Notes: generated by a model from the letters alone, not told the origin. DNA of 61,434 nt from Candidatus Levybacteria bacterium RIFCSPHIGHO2_01_FULL_38_26 (GCA_001782075.1 MFNO01000037.1:1-61434); one strand, 5' to 3'; positions 47,661-57,758 are shown, numbered from the stretch's first letter. Translations and numbers: made by a program.

Positions 47661-48398
47661 TTAGGCGGATTTTGCCTCTTTTACCTCGTGATGCGGTGTT
47701 GTCAATACCGCCATAAATGTCATCGTCAACATTCCAAAAACGAGAGCTTGCACAAGTCCTACAATTATCTCGAGAAGTAAAAACGGTATTGGAAAAAGAA
47801 AGGCAAATATTCCCGCTGTAGTCAACAGAACTATTTCTCCAGCAAAAATGTTTCCAAAAAGACGAAAAGAAAGAGATATGACTTTAGTCGCCTCTGAAAT
47901 AAGCTCCAAGACTCCAATAAAAAGATTAATCGGATTGAACGAAAAATACCTACTCAAGTATTCTTTAATTCCCGTTGCTTTTATGGCAAGCATGTGAGTG
48001 GCGAATGCAGAAATTAATGCAAGGGCAAGAGTAGTATTTAGATCACTTGTTGCTCCTCTTAGGATAGGGACAAAATGTTCGTGCTCATAAAAACCAATAC
48101 TTCCAAAACCTGGGATCAGGCTACTCCAGTTCGCGACAAGAATAAACAAAAAAAAACTCATAAAATACGGGAAGATTACAGCGGCTCTTTTTGAAGCAAT
48201 GCTTTCTGTAAGCGAGTAAAACGTCTCAATTACTGTCTCAACCATGTTTTGGAAAAAACCGGGGATCATTTTAATATTTTTGAACAATATCAAAACAGCA
48301 AAGACAAGTATTAAATCTGTGAGAAGGGTTGCTAAAAATGTATTAGTCAATACAAAAGGTCCTAAATTTGCTAAAACATCAGCACCAAATGAATGCAT
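47661..48398 (-). CDS. atpB: Fo ATP synthase subunit a
   Basis: SLSFRLFGNIFAGE motif with the essential Arg. Confidence 0.9.
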   Translation of the reverse strand: MHSFGADVLANLGPFVLTNTFLATLLTDLILVFAVLILFKNIKMIPGFFQNMVETVIETFYSLTESIASKRAAVIFPYFMSFFLFILVANWSSLIPGFGSIGFYEHEHFVPILRGATSDLNTTLALALISAFATHMLAIKATGIKEYLSRYFSFNPINLFIGVLELISEATKVISLSFRLFGNIFAGEIVLLTTAGIFAFLFPIPFLLLEIIVGLVQALVFGMLTMTFMAVLTTPHHEVKEAKSA

Positions 48399-48404
48399 AT
48401 CTTA

Positions 48405-48433
48405 ATTTTAGCTATATCTTAGTCACAAGTCAA
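48405..48433 (-). promoter_or_regulatory. putative atp operon promoter (TTGACT-N17-TAAAAT) ending 6 nt before the atpB ATG
   Basis: The reverse complement of 48399-48445 reads TTGACT TGTGACTAAGATATAGC TAAAAT TAAGAT ATG. No Shine-Dalgarno sequence is present. Confidence 0.35.
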
Positions 48434-48445
48434 TATGTAGAAAAG

Positions 48446-51400
48446 CTAGTTTCTTTTGCCATTGGTTGTTAAAATCTTTTCAGCAATAATTGTTATTTTA
48501 TCATTCTTGGTATCCACAGACCCTTTGATAATTACAACAGAGTCTTTTATTAGCAAATTTTTGAACTGCTCAAATATTCTGGGAAAAATAATGCATTCAA
48601 TTGAAAGTCCCTTCTCATCACCAATAGTCAAAAAAGCCATTTCGTTTCCATTTTTTTTGGTGAAAATTCTTTTTAAAGACTCAATAATTCCTCCAATTTC
48701 AACCCTTGAGCCTTCTTTTTCATCTGATAGAAGTTCGATTTCATGCGTAATAACTGATTTTACTTGAAGTAAATTTTCCATTTGAGGATGAGAGGTTAAA
48801 TAAAATCCCAAAAATTCTTTTTCAAAAAAAAGCTTTTCGGAAGCAGTGAAGTCTTCGATATTATTTGGGGTATTGCTTGAACTGGATTTTACTTCTGTGA
48901 TTTCAAAGAGGCTCGTTTGTCCTTCTTCCCGCTGTTTTCTTTTTGTGTTTAAATCCTGAATAATTTTTGGATAAATTATTAAAAGTTGAGCTCTGTTTCC
49001 AAAAGTATCAAACGCGCCTGCCTTAATCAAACTTTCAATAGTCTTCTTGTTTACAGGTCCCAGGTCTACTCTATTGAGGAAATCTTCAAAATCTTTAAAA
49101 GGCTTATCTCCTCTTCCTTGCAGCATACTTCTAATAGCCGCCTCACCGATATTTTTTATCGCCGACAGCCCGAATCTTATATGTTTTTCTTCCTCTATAG
49201 CAAAATCTTTATTTGATCTATTTATGTCAGGAGCTAGGACCTTAATTTTTAATCTTCTGCACTCGGCAACGGCAAGGGCAATTTTTTCATTTTTAGTGGG
49301 ACCGGTTGTTCCCCGTGACTCAGCTGTTAGAAGTGCGGTCATAAACTCGACTGGATAATTGGCTTTAAGGTAGGCAGTCTGAAACGCAATTGAGGCGTAG
49401 CCGGCGGCGTGAGCTTTGTTAAATCCATAGCCGGCAAATGGTTCGAACAATATCCATAGCGACTCTGCCTCTTTTTTCTCCAATCCATTTTTTGTACACC
49501 CCTCGATGAATTTATCGTGTTGCTTTTTCATTTCTGATGGAATTTTTTTACCTATCGCTTTTCTGAGTTTGTCGGCATCCGCCCAAGAATATCCGGCTAC
49601 TTTTATTGCCGTTAGAAGCACGTCGTCTTGAAACGTGATTACGCCATAAGACTCTTTAAGCACATCAGAAAGCGCAGGGGAGGGGTATTTGATAAGACGT
49701 GGATTGTGTTTTCGTCTTATAAATTCGGGAATATTTGCCATTGGACCCGGTCTGTATAAAGCTACCATAGCTTGAAGATCAAATATAGTAGAGGGTTTTA
49801 GTTCTTTTATATACCTTCTCATTCCGGCAGATTCAAGTTGGAAAATTCCGGTTGTTTCGCCTGATGACAATAATTTATACGCTTTTTCGTCGTCATACTC
49901 TATTTTGGAAAGATCAATTGTTTCTTTTCGATTTTCCTTGATAAATCTTAGAGCCTCTTGAATAATTGTTAAATTTCGAAGTCCTAAAAGATCAATTTTC
50001 AAGAGTCCCACACCATCTTCTCCAACAGTATACATATCGTACTGAGTAACGATTCTATCTCCATTGGATTCTTTTTGAAGTGGCGTATACTCGATAAGCG
50101 GTTTGTCTGCAATAACAACTCCTGCGGCGTGAGTTGAAGCGTGCCTAACTACTCCTTCGATTTTTCTTGCCAAGTCTAAAAGTCTTTTTGTATCTGGCTC
50201 TGCATTGTAGGCTGTTTTTAGATCCGGATTTTGCTTTATCGCCATTTCTATTGTCATCGCATGTCCTTGCCATCCGGGAGGAATCATTTTTGCGACTCTG
50301 TCAGGCACTGCGTATGGCATACCCATCACTCGTCCAGTATCTCTGACAGATCCTCGTGCTTCCATAGTTCCAAACGTTATAATCTGGGCAACTTTATCTT
50401 TCCCATATTTTTTAGTTACGTACTCTATGACCTCATCTCTTCTGTTGTCGGCAAAATCAAGATCAATATCAGGAGGGGATGGACGCATAGGATTTAAAAA
50501 TCTCTCGAAAGGAAGTTTAAAATACAGAGGATCAACATCTGATATTTCAAGAGCGTAAGACACTATGGATCCAGCATTTGAACCGCGTCCTGGCCCTACT
50601 GTGATTCCCTGATTTTTTGCCCAGTTTACAAAGTCCGCAACAATCAAAATATACTTTTCGTAGCCTTTTTTTAAAATAATTGATAATTCATATTCGGCTC
50701 TTTCTGCAATCTCGCTGGTGATTTTTTTGTATCTCTTACTAAGTCCTTCGTTGACTTTTAGTTTTATATATTCTTGAGGCTGTTTCCCACCAGGGACATC
50801 AAACAAAGGCATTATCCATTTACCAAGTGGAATTTCCACCTGACACATATCTGCGATTTTTCCAGTATTTTCAATTGCTTCTGGCACCTGGATAAAAAGT
50901 CCTGCCATTTCCTCCTGACTTTTTATATAAAAGTCCGGAGATGAAATCATGGAAAGTTTTCTATTTTTTGTGTCTAGTGTTGTTTGAGTTTGTATGCAAA
51001 GCAAAGCTTCCTGAGCCTCAGCGTCTACATTGTAGACATAATGACAGTCGTTGGTCGCAACGAGAGGAATTCCCAGTTTTCTTGATAGGTCAATAAGTTT
51101 TTCATTTAAAATATCCTGAGTTTCTACATTTAAATGTTTTTGAATTTCAAGATAAAAGTTGTTTTCTCCGAATATTTCACTTAGGGTTTTTGCTCTTCGT
51201 ATTGCTTCTTCATCTTTGTTTTCAATTAGAGGTTCTGATACATATCCATTTACGCATGATGTTAGGCAAATTAACCCTTCGTGATTTTCTCTCAATAAAT
51301 CCAGATCGCATCTGGGCTTGTAATAATATCCCTCGAGATTGGAGACTGATACTATTTTCATAAGATTTTTGTAACCCGTGTTGTTTTTTGCAAGCAGAAT

Positions 51401-51667
51401 CAAATGATTCGAATCATTGTCGATTCCTGGTTCTTTATCAAACCGAGTTCTTCTGCTCATGTAGATTTCGCAGCCTATAATCGGCTTTATTCCTTCTCTT
51501 AAACATGATTTGTAGAATGAAATTATCCCATACATGTTGCCATGGTCTGTAATAGATATGGCCTTCATATTAAGCTCTTTCGCTCGTCTGACCATAAGAT
51601 CTATTTTTGACAAACCATCCAGAAGAGAGTATTCACTGTGATTATGGAGGTGGACAAAGTCGGTCAT
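48446..51667 (-). CDS. dnaE: DNA polymerase III alpha subunit
   Basis: PHP domain HLHNHSEYSLLDG, palm motif GPGRGSNAGS, FERFLNPMR, C-terminal OB fold region. Confidence 0.95.
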   Translation of the reverse strand: MTDFVHLHNHSEYSLLDGLSKIDLMVRRAKELNMKAISITDHGNMYGIISFYKSCLREGIKPIIGCEIYMSRRTRFDKEPGIDNDSNHLILLAKNNTGYKNLMKIVSVSNLEGYYYKPRCDLDLLRENHEGLICLTSCVNGYVSEPLIENKDEEAIRRAKTLSEIFGENNFYLEIQKHLNVETQDILNEKLIDLSRKLGIPLVATNDCHYVYNVDAEAQEALLCIQTQTTLDTKNRKLSMISSPDFYIKSQEEMAGLFIQVPEAIENTGKIADMCQVEIPLGKWIMPLFDVPGGKQPQEYIKLKVNEGLSKRYKKITSEIAERAEYELSIILKKGYEKYILIVADFVNWAKNQGITVGPGRGSNAGSIVSYALEISDVDPLYFKLPFERFLNPMRPSPPDIDLDFADNRRDEVIEYVTKKYGKDKVAQIITFGTMEARGSVRDTGRVMGMPYAVPDRVAKMIPPGWQGHAMTIEMAIKQNPDLKTAYNAEPDTKRLLDLARKIEGVVRHASTHAAGVVIADKPLIEYTPLQKESNGDRIVTQYDMYTVGEDGVGLLKIDLLGLRNLTIIQEALRFIKENRKETIDLSKIEYDDEKAYKLLSSGETTGIFQLESAGMRRYIKELKPSTIFDLQAMVALYRPGPMANIPEFIRRKHNPRLIKYPSPALSDVLKESYGVITFQDDVLLTAIKVAGYSWADADKLRKAIGKKIPSEMKKQHDKFIEGCTKNGLEKKEAESLWILFEPFAGYGFNKAHAAGYASIAFQTAYLKANYPVEFMTALLTAESRGTTGPTKNEKIALAVAECRRLKIKVLAPDINRSNKDFAIEEEKHIRFGLSAIKNIGEAAIRSMLQGRGDKPFKDFEDFLNRVDLGPVNKKTIESLIKAGAFDTFGNRAQLLIIYPKIIQDLNTKRKQREEGQTSLFEITEVKSSSSNTPNNIEDFTASEKLFFEKEFLGFYLTSHPQMENLLQVKSVITHEIELLSDEKEGSRVEIGGIIESLKRIFTKKNGNEMAFLTIGDEKGLSIECIIFPRIFEQFKNLLIKDSVVIIKGSVDTKNDKITIIAEKILTTNGKRN

Positions 51668-51682
51668 CGTGCCTTATTTACT

Positions 51683-53065
51683 TTACTGAATTTTTAGTAG
51701 ATTTTCAATTACCTCTTTTAACTGGTTGTTTTCAACAGGTTTTTTTATTTCTCTTTTCATCATTCCTATTATAAAACCAATTACCTGATTTTTTCCTTTT
51801 TTATAGTCGTCAACTGCCTTTGGATTTTTTCTAAATACCTCAAGCGCAATATTTTTCAGCTCTTCTTCATCTACTACAGTTTTTTTTGATTGCTTAATAA
51901 TTGACTGAACTAAAGCCGCGGGTAGAATTGAATTTGCGTCAATTTTTTTGTTAATAATAGTATTCGCGATTTTTTTTGCATTTATATTATATTTTTTTCC
52001 AATCTTTACGGTTTCCTCAAAGAATTCTGCCATTTTTCTCTCTCTTGTTAATATCTCGCTATAATACCCTGACATACTGTAGTCATCATTAAACCTTTTC
52101 AGCTTTTTATCTGGCATTTCTGGTATCTGAGATCTTAGTCTTGAGATTTGAGATTTAGTCCATCTGAATGGAGGTATATCAGCTTCTGGGAAATAGCGAT
52201 AATCCATTTCTTGTTCCTTAATTCTTTGAGAAAACGTAATCTGTCTCTTTTCGTCCCAGCCTCTTGTTTCTTGAACAGGAGTTTTGCCACCTTCTAAAAT
52301 TTTCCTCTGTCTTTCAGTCTCGTAATGTATTGCTTTTTCCACAAAACGAAATGAATTGATATTTTTAACCTCTACTTTATATGTCGGGATGTCATTCTGA
52401 GGCCGTCGAATGACGGACGAAGAATCTCTATATTCTTCGCGTTGCTCAGGATGACTTTTTTTTAATGAAATGTTAGGCTCCAGGCGCATCTGTCCCTTTT
52501 CCATATCCGCATCGGATACTTCCAAATACCTAATTATTTGTTGCAGTTTTTGAAGATATTCATTTACTTGTTCTGCCGATTCAAAATCAGGCTCTGTGAC
52601 AATCTCAACCAATGGAACACCGGATCTGTTAAAATCAATCAGGCTTGCTTTTTTTCCGTTAACTATTCCATGAATTAGTTTTCCTGTATCTTCCTCCATA
52701 TGCACTCTTCTTATTCTGATAGTTTTATTTTCGTCTGTTTTTAATTTTACAAAGCCGTTGTGAGCAAAAGGCAGGTCGTATTGACTAATCTGATATCCTT
52801 TTGGCAAATCAGGGTAAAAATAATTTTTTCTATCGAATTTTGAGAACAAGGGTATATCACAGTTTAGAGAGAGTCCTATTTTTATACACCACTCTATTGC
52901 AATCTTGTTGGGGGTAGGTAAAGCACCGGGAAGTCCAAAGCAAGTAGGACAAACATGAGTATTAGGTTTTTTTCCAAAATAATCTGTCGAACAACCACAG
53001 AACATTTTTGATTTTGTTTTTAGCTCTACATGGACCTCCAGCCCGATTACAGGTTTATAACTCAT
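51683..53065 (-). CDS. gatB: Asp/Glu-tRNA(Asn/Gln) amidotransferase subunit B
   Basis: PVIGLEVHVELKT and VEVKNINSFRFVEKAI. Start at 53065 gives an ATGA overlap with the gatA stop. Confidence 0.95.
   Translation of the reverse strand: MSYKPVIGLEVHVELKTKSKMFCGCSTDYFGKKPNTHVCPTCFGLPGALPTPNKIAIEWCIKIGLSLNCDIPLFSKFDRKNYFYPDLPKGYQISQYDLPFAHNGFVKLKTDENKTIRIRRVHMEEDTGKLIHGIVNGKKASLIDFNRSGVPLVEIVTEPDFESAEQVNEYLQKLQQIIRYLEVSDADMEKGQMRLEPNISLKKSHPEQREEYRDSSSVIRRPQNDIPTYKVEVKNINSFRFVEKAIHYETERQRKILEGGKTPVQETRGWDEKRQITFSQRIKEQEMDYRYFPEADIPPFRWTKSQISRLRSQIPEMPDKKLKRFNDDYSMSGYYSEILTRERKMAEFFEETVKIGKKYNINAKKIANTIINKKIDANSILPAALVQSIIKQSKKTVVDEEELKNIALEVFRKNPKAVDDYKKGKNQVIGFIIGMMKREIKKPVENNQLKEVIENLLKIQ
52391..52455. 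repeat. 65-nt compound palindrome (outer 11-bp stem plus two inner hairpins) embedded in frame in gatB
   Basis: GTCATTCTGAG G CCGTC GAAT GACGG A CGAAGAAT CTCTAT ATTCTTCG CGTTG CTCAGGATGAC, read directly. Confidence 0.8.
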
Positions 53066-54471
53066 AATGACGGTTTGTATTTTCGCCAATCAGTTGTTTG
53101 TTCGTATTTGTGTGCCGCATTCAATACTCTTTCTTCAGAGAATTGTGGACCGAAAATTTGCAGTCCTATTGGAAGTCTTTGTTTTGAAAAACCGCAGGGC
53201 ACATTAATTCCCGCAAGTCCAGCTATCGTGGATGGTTCTACCAAAGCATCTGACATTTCGCCAAACATGGGGTGGTTTTTACTTGAGCCTATAGGCAAGG
53301 CTGTAGATGGGCTTGTGGGCCCGACTATTAAATCAACTTTTTTAAACGCTTTGTCAAAATCATTCATAATGATAGTTCTTACCTTTTGAGCTTTATTATA
53401 ATACTGATCATAGTAACCTGATGAGAGAGTATACGTACCAAGCATTATTCTTCTTTTTGCTTCCTCTCCAAAATAAGACCTGTCTTTTCCGTATCTAATT
53501 CCGTCGTAACGCGCGAGATTTGAGGAAACCTCCGATCTTTGCAAAATGGTATAAACTGCAATAGCGTACTTTGGTGGAAATAGTTTTACTTTTTTTATCT
53601 TGGCACCAAGTTTTTCCAATATTTTAACTGCTTCTTGAATTTTTTCATTTACCTCTTCGTCAACTCCATCAAAATATTCATCTGAGACACCAATCCTTAT
53701 TCCAGCAAGAGAATTATTTAGACTTTTTGAATATTTAGGCACAGCTCTATCGGAGGTAGTTGCGTCCAGAGAGTCTTTTCCAGCCAAAACTTCCAGAACC
53801 AAGGCGCAGTCTTCAACGCTTTTGGCAATCGGACCTGGGCAATCAAGCGATGAAACCATTGCAATCAAACCATACCTGCTAACTCTGCCATAGGTTGGCT
53901 TTAGCCCAACGACCCCGCACCATGAAGCCGGTTGCCGAATTGAACCAGCTGTTTCTGATCCAATTGCGAAAACAGTTTCGTTTGACGCTACGCTTGCTGC
54001 TGCTCCCCCGGAAGATCCACCTGGTAAAAAATTGGTATTCCAGGGGTTTTTTGTAGATCCAAAGTCCGAAGTTTCTGTTGAAGACCCATGAGCCCAGGCA
54101 TCCAAATTGGTCTTGCCCAGCATGACTATTCCTGCTTCTTCAAGTAGTTTTACAACAGTAGCATTAAAGGGCGGTATAAAATCATCAAGCACTTTACTTG
54201 AAGCAGTTGTTCGTATGTTTTTTGTGCAAAAATTGTCTTTTATACTTACTGGAACCCCAATAAGAGGCGAATTTGTTCCTTTTGAGATAAGCAGGTCTGC
54301 CTTTTTTGCTTGTTCGATTGCTTTTTCTTCGGTAATACTAACAAAAGCGTTTATTTTGAGTTCTTGATTTTTTATTTGCCTGAGACATGCTTTTGTAAGC
54401 TCTAAAGAGGAAAACTCTTTTTTTTTCAGCCCAACTAGAGATTGTGATATTGTCAATTCGTTTAAATTCAT
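53062..54471 (-). CDS. gatA: Glu-tRNA(Gln) amidotransferase subunit A
   Basis: Amidase signature GGSSGGAAASVA. Confidence 0.95.
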   Translation of the reverse strand: MNLNELTISQSLVGLKKKEFSSLELTKACLRQIKNQELKINAFVSITEEKAIEQAKKADLLISKGTNSPLIGVPVSIKDNFCTKNIRTTASSKVLDDFIPPFNATVVKLLEEAGIVMLGKTNLDAWAHGSSTETSDFGSTKNPWNTNFLPGGSSGGAAASVASNETVFAIGSETAGSIRQPASWCGVVGLKPTYGRVSRYGLIAMVSSLDCPGPIAKSVEDCALVLEVLAGKDSLDATTSDRAVPKYSKSLNNSLAGIRIGVSDEYFDGVDEEVNEKIQEAVKILEKLGAKIKKVKLFPPKYAIAVYTILQRSEVSSNLARYDGIRYGKDRSYFGEEAKRRIMLGTYTLSSGYYDQYYNKAQKVRTIIMNDFDKAFKKVDLIVGPTSPSTALPIGSSKNHPMFGEMSDALVEPSTIAGLAGINVPCGFSKQRLPIGLQIFGPQFSEERVLNAAHKYEQTTDWRKYKPSL

Positions 54472-54749
54472 TATTCCAAAATTGCCGCTACTTTAAATAG
54501 CCCATTGTGAGTTGATTTTGAATTTGATAAAACCTTTTCCTGTGGTAAAGAAGGCTTTACCTCGTCTTCTCTAGTAATATTCTCCAGTCCTGTAACCTGG
54601 GAGGTGGGATCAACCGTCATTGTGTCGATCTCCTTTAATTTGTCTATATATTCAATTGTCTCATCGAGCTGTTTTTCAAATTTTCCTTTTTCCTCATCTG
54701 AAAGAGATAAATTAGCAAGTTTTGAAATACGGGAAATATCTATTCTCAT
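54471..54749 (-). CDS. gatC: Asp/Glu-tRNA amidotransferase subunit C
   Basis: 92 aa, KLANLSLSDEE N-terminus. Operon position. Confidence 0.9.
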   Translation of the reverse strand: MRIDISRISKLANLSLSDEEKGKFEKQLDETIEYIDKLKEIDTMTVDPTSQVTGLENITREDEVKPSLPQEKVLSNSKSTHNGLFKVAAILE

Positions 54750-54757
54750 GATCCTGA

Positions 54758-55504
54758 TTATAATCCAATACCAAGTCTATTCGCAATGGCTTCGTGCGCC
54801 TTCCATTCAAGTGTATCTTCAAGTTTTGCAAGACTGAATGGCTGTTTGTACTTTTTTTTCAAGGATAATTGGATTAAGAGATCGGCAAAATGAGGATTTT
54901 TAGGCAAAATTGGACCATGCAGATAGCTTCCAAAGCTGTTTTTGTACATAGCTCCTTCTGTTTTATCGTCTCCGTTATTTCCAAAACCTTTTACGATAGT
55001 TCCTAAAGGCTTTATATTTTTTCCAAGATAAGTTCTGCCTCCGTGGTTTTCAAACCCTACAAGTTTTTTTATTCTTGTTTCAATAATAATATTACCGATC
55101 AGCCTTTTAAAATTTTTTCCTCGGCTTTCTGTATATAAATCAAGAATTCCCAAGCCTTTAATTATTGTCCCGTCCGCTTCCTTGTAGTATTTTCCCAAAA
55201 ACTGATAAGCCCCGCAAATATACAGTCCGGGAATACCGTCTTCAATCATCCGTTTTAGAGTTTTTATCTTTTGAGTGCTAAAATCATGGGAAACAATACT
55301 TTGTTGCTTATCCTGCGCACCCCCCATAAAGAGAATGTCGCATTTTTTAAGATCCTCAATCTTAAATCCTAGTTCAAGTCTTCTTACCTCAGCTTCTATA
55401 TTTCTCCACTCGCATCTTTTCGCAAGACTAATAATATTGCCCCTGTCTCCATATGTACTCATCAGCTCCGGATACAACCATCCAATAGTTAATTTATAAT
55501 TCAT
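54758..55504 (-). CDS. gatD: lipid II isoglutaminyl synthase glutaminase subunit (CobQ-like GATase)
   Basis: Class-I GATase nucleophile context ICGAYQFLG. Overlaps murT by 4 nt. Confidence 0.8.
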   Translation of the reverse strand: MNYKLTIGWLYPELMSTYGDRGNIISLAKRCEWRNIEAEVRRLELGFKIEDLKKCDILFMGGAQDKQQSIVSHDFSTQKIKTLKRMIEDGIPGLYICGAYQFLGKYYKEADGTIIKGLGILDLYTESRGKNFKRLIGNIIIETRIKKLVGFENHGGRTYLGKNIKPLGTIVKGFGNNGDDKTEGAMYKNSFGSYLHGPILPKNPHFADLLIQLSLKKKYKQPFSLAKLEDTLEWKAHEAIANRLGIGL

Positions 55505-56841
55505 AGTATCTTTTTCCCAATCAAAATTTTCCTTACCTCCAACATTGCCGAGTAGGTAGGTAATATATACAATGTTTTATCCCCGGGAGTTGATTTAACA
55601 GAGTTTGTAATTGCGTCATTCAAGTTTCGATAAATTTTAAGTTTTGAATTGTAGTTTTGTGATTTGAGTTTTGAGTTTTGAGTTTTAGACGCATATTTAA
55701 TTCTTACTGCCATATCATACACTCTGTCACCCGAAACAGAAATAATATTAAAGGTGTCTATGTAGTCCTCAAAGTCCACATCCCATATCCACGAAACATC
55801 TCTACCGTCTGGAATTCTGTCGTTGAGAACAAAAAGTACATTTTTTGCATTTAAGTTTTTTATAGCCCGTAGGGATTCATTGAAGCTGGTAGGATTTTTT
55901 GAAAGCAGTATTTTTACTATTCTGCCGTTAATAGCAATTGCTTCCTGCCTGCCGAATGCAGGAACAAACGATCCCAATGCACTCTTGATGGAATCTTGAG
56001 AAATCCCAATTATTTTTGTCGTTAACGTTGCTGCTAAAATATTGTATTGATTATAAACTCCATCCAGTTTTGTTGACAGGGGAGTAGAAAAGATGTCTTT
56101 TGGTCTTTTGAAACCGCAGTTTTTACATTCCCAGTCCCCAAGATGGGAATAATAAATTGTATGGTAATAAAGCTTTGACTTACAATTAGGACAATAGGTT
56201 GAATCAACTGCATGCTGATGTTTTGCCTGCTCAAATTTTTTATCGTTAAGACCAAAATAAAATATTGGTGTGACATTACTAAGATGAGCGATCTGGGGAT
56301 CATCTGAATTTAAAACAAGTGTTGTTTTTGATGAAAGCTTTTTGAGAGCAATTTGCCAATTCTTCACAATCGTGTTTACTTCACCGTACCTGTCTAATTG
56401 GTCTCTAAAAAGATTAAGAAGAATTATATAATCTGGAGTGATTTCTTTAAGCGCTAGAGGTAATGCAGCTTCATCGACCTCAAAAATTCCATAATCATAA
56501 TTTATTTTACAAAGTAAATTGCTATGCAGTAGCATGCTTGACGCAATTCCGTTTAAAAGATTTGCTCCGGCTTCATTTTGAAATACTTTTTTGCCGCTGT
56601 GTTCCAAAATAGTTTGAATTAGCTTCCCGGTTGTAGTCTTTCCATTGGTACCAGCGATAAGTATAATTTTAAGGCTTGAGTTTTGTTTGACAATCTCTTT
56701 AATAAAGTTTTTATTAATGCTAAGAGCAATATGTCCTGGCCATGTCGATCCATGCCCTAACTTAAGAGAAGAACTTATGGATGAAACAATTTTTCCTATG
56801 ATAACAACTATAGAATTGAGCATTTTCGTATTATACTGCAA
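55501..56841 (-). CDS. murT: lipid II isoglutaminyl synthase ligase subunit (Mur ligase family)
   Basis: P-loop GTNGKTTT, Cys4 ribbon CPNCKSKL...CKNCGFKRP, C-terminal DUF1727-like region. Confidence 0.85.
   Translation of the reverse strand: MQYNTKMLNSIVVIIGKIVSSISSSLKLGHGSTWPGHIALSINKNFIKEIVKQNSSLKIILIAGTNGKTTTGKLIQTILEHSGKKVFQNEAGANLLNGIASSMLLHSNLLCKINYDYGIFEVDEAALPLALKEITPDYIILLNLFRDQLDRYGEVNTIVKNWQIALKKLSSKTTLVLNSDDPQIAHLSNVTPIFYFGLNDKKFEQAKHQHAVDSTYCPNCKSKLYYHTIYYSHLGDWECKNCGFKRPKDIFSTPLSTKLDGVYNQYNILAATLTTKIIGISQDSIKSALGSFVPAFGRQEAIAINGRIVKILLSKNPTSFNESLRAIKNLNAKNVLFVLNDRIPDGRDVSWIWDVDFEDYIDTFNIISVSGDRVYDMAVRIKYASKTQNSKLKSQNYNSKLKIYRNLNDAITNSVKSTPGDKTLYILPTYSAMLEVRKILIGKKIL
55631..55686. 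repeat. 7-nt periodic repeat: three perfect GAGTTTT units (55666-55686) preceded by five degenerate units, in frame in murT
   Basis: Read directly. The coding strand (AAAACTC)n encodes SKTQNSKLKSQNYNSKLKIY. Confidence 0.85.
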
Positions 56842-56860
56842 AACAGGAGTTAATACAGCT

Positions 56861-57757
56861 TTACATTGATCTTAGAATTTTTATTCTTTCCTCAATCGGC
56901 GGGTGAGTGTTGAAGAGGCCGGCGAACCAGTTATGCAGTTCTTTTCCCTTGAATGGGTTAACTATATAAAGATGTGCTGTTGCATTGTTGGCAGCCTCAA
57001 GAGGCTCCTTGTCTTTGGCAATTTTTTCAAGCGCGGATGCGAGTCCTTCTGGATAACGAGTAAGAAGTGCTCCGGACGCATCTGCCAAAAATTCTCTTTT
57101 TCTCGAAACTGCCAAATGAATAAGAGTCGCAATAATAGGGGATAGAACGGCTAATATTATTCCAATCAGCAAAAATACTCCTTGACTGCTACCGTCTCTT
57201 CGTCTTCCTATTCCGTGTCCAAACCAAAGACTTCTGGTAAAAATATCAGCCAACAAGGCAACCATGCCAACCAAAATACTAACTATAGACATTAGCCTAA
57301 TGTCGAAATTTCTAATATGAGATAACTCATGAGCAATAACTCCTTCAAGCTCAAGTTTGTTTAGTTTTTCAAGGATACCTGTTGTTACACAGACAACCGC
57401 GCGATCCGGATCACGTCCTGTTGCAAAAGCATTTGGCGCGCTATCGTTTATAACGTAAATTCTGGGCATGGGAATTCCGCTTGCTATCTTGAGGTTTTCA
57501 ACTGTTCTAAACAGCTCCGGATAGTTGGATTTTTGTGCTTGATGTGCTTTGGAAATTCCCAAAACAATTTTGTCGGAATAATAGTAACTGCCAAAACTTA
57601 TAAGCCCTGATACAATTAGCGCTATTCCCGCAATTCCTAATCCATAATCTAAAGCCTGTCCGAAAACATAAACCAAAACAGAAATGAAAGCAACAAATAA
57701 TACGATAACCAACCAAGACTTAAATTTATTGGAGTCAATTTGAGAGTAGATGGACAT
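56861..57757 (-). CDS. htpX: M48-family zinc protease HtpX
   Basis: HELSH zinc motif and 4 TM helices. Confidence 0.9.
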   Translation of the reverse strand: MSIYSQIDSNKFKSWLVIVLFVAFISVLVYVFGQALDYGLGIAGIALIVSGLISFGSYYYSDKIVLGISKAHQAQKSNYPELFRTVENLKIASGIPMPRIYVINDSAPNAFATGRDPDRAVVCVTTGILEKLNKLELEGVIAHELSHIRNFDIRLMSIVSILVGMVALLADIFTRSLWFGHGIGRRRDGSSQGVFLLIGIILAVLSPIIATLIHLAVSRKREFLADASGALLTRYPEGLASALEKIAKDKEPLEAANNATAHLYIVNPFKGKELHNWFAGLFNTHPPIEERIKILRSM

Positions 57758-57758
57758 A

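Noticed and set aside
52391-52455. Hammerhead-ribozyme-like three-way junction in gatB
   Set aside because: The junction strands (G / A / CGTTG, or C / U / CAACG on the mRNA strand) lack the CUGAUGA and GAAA core on either strand.
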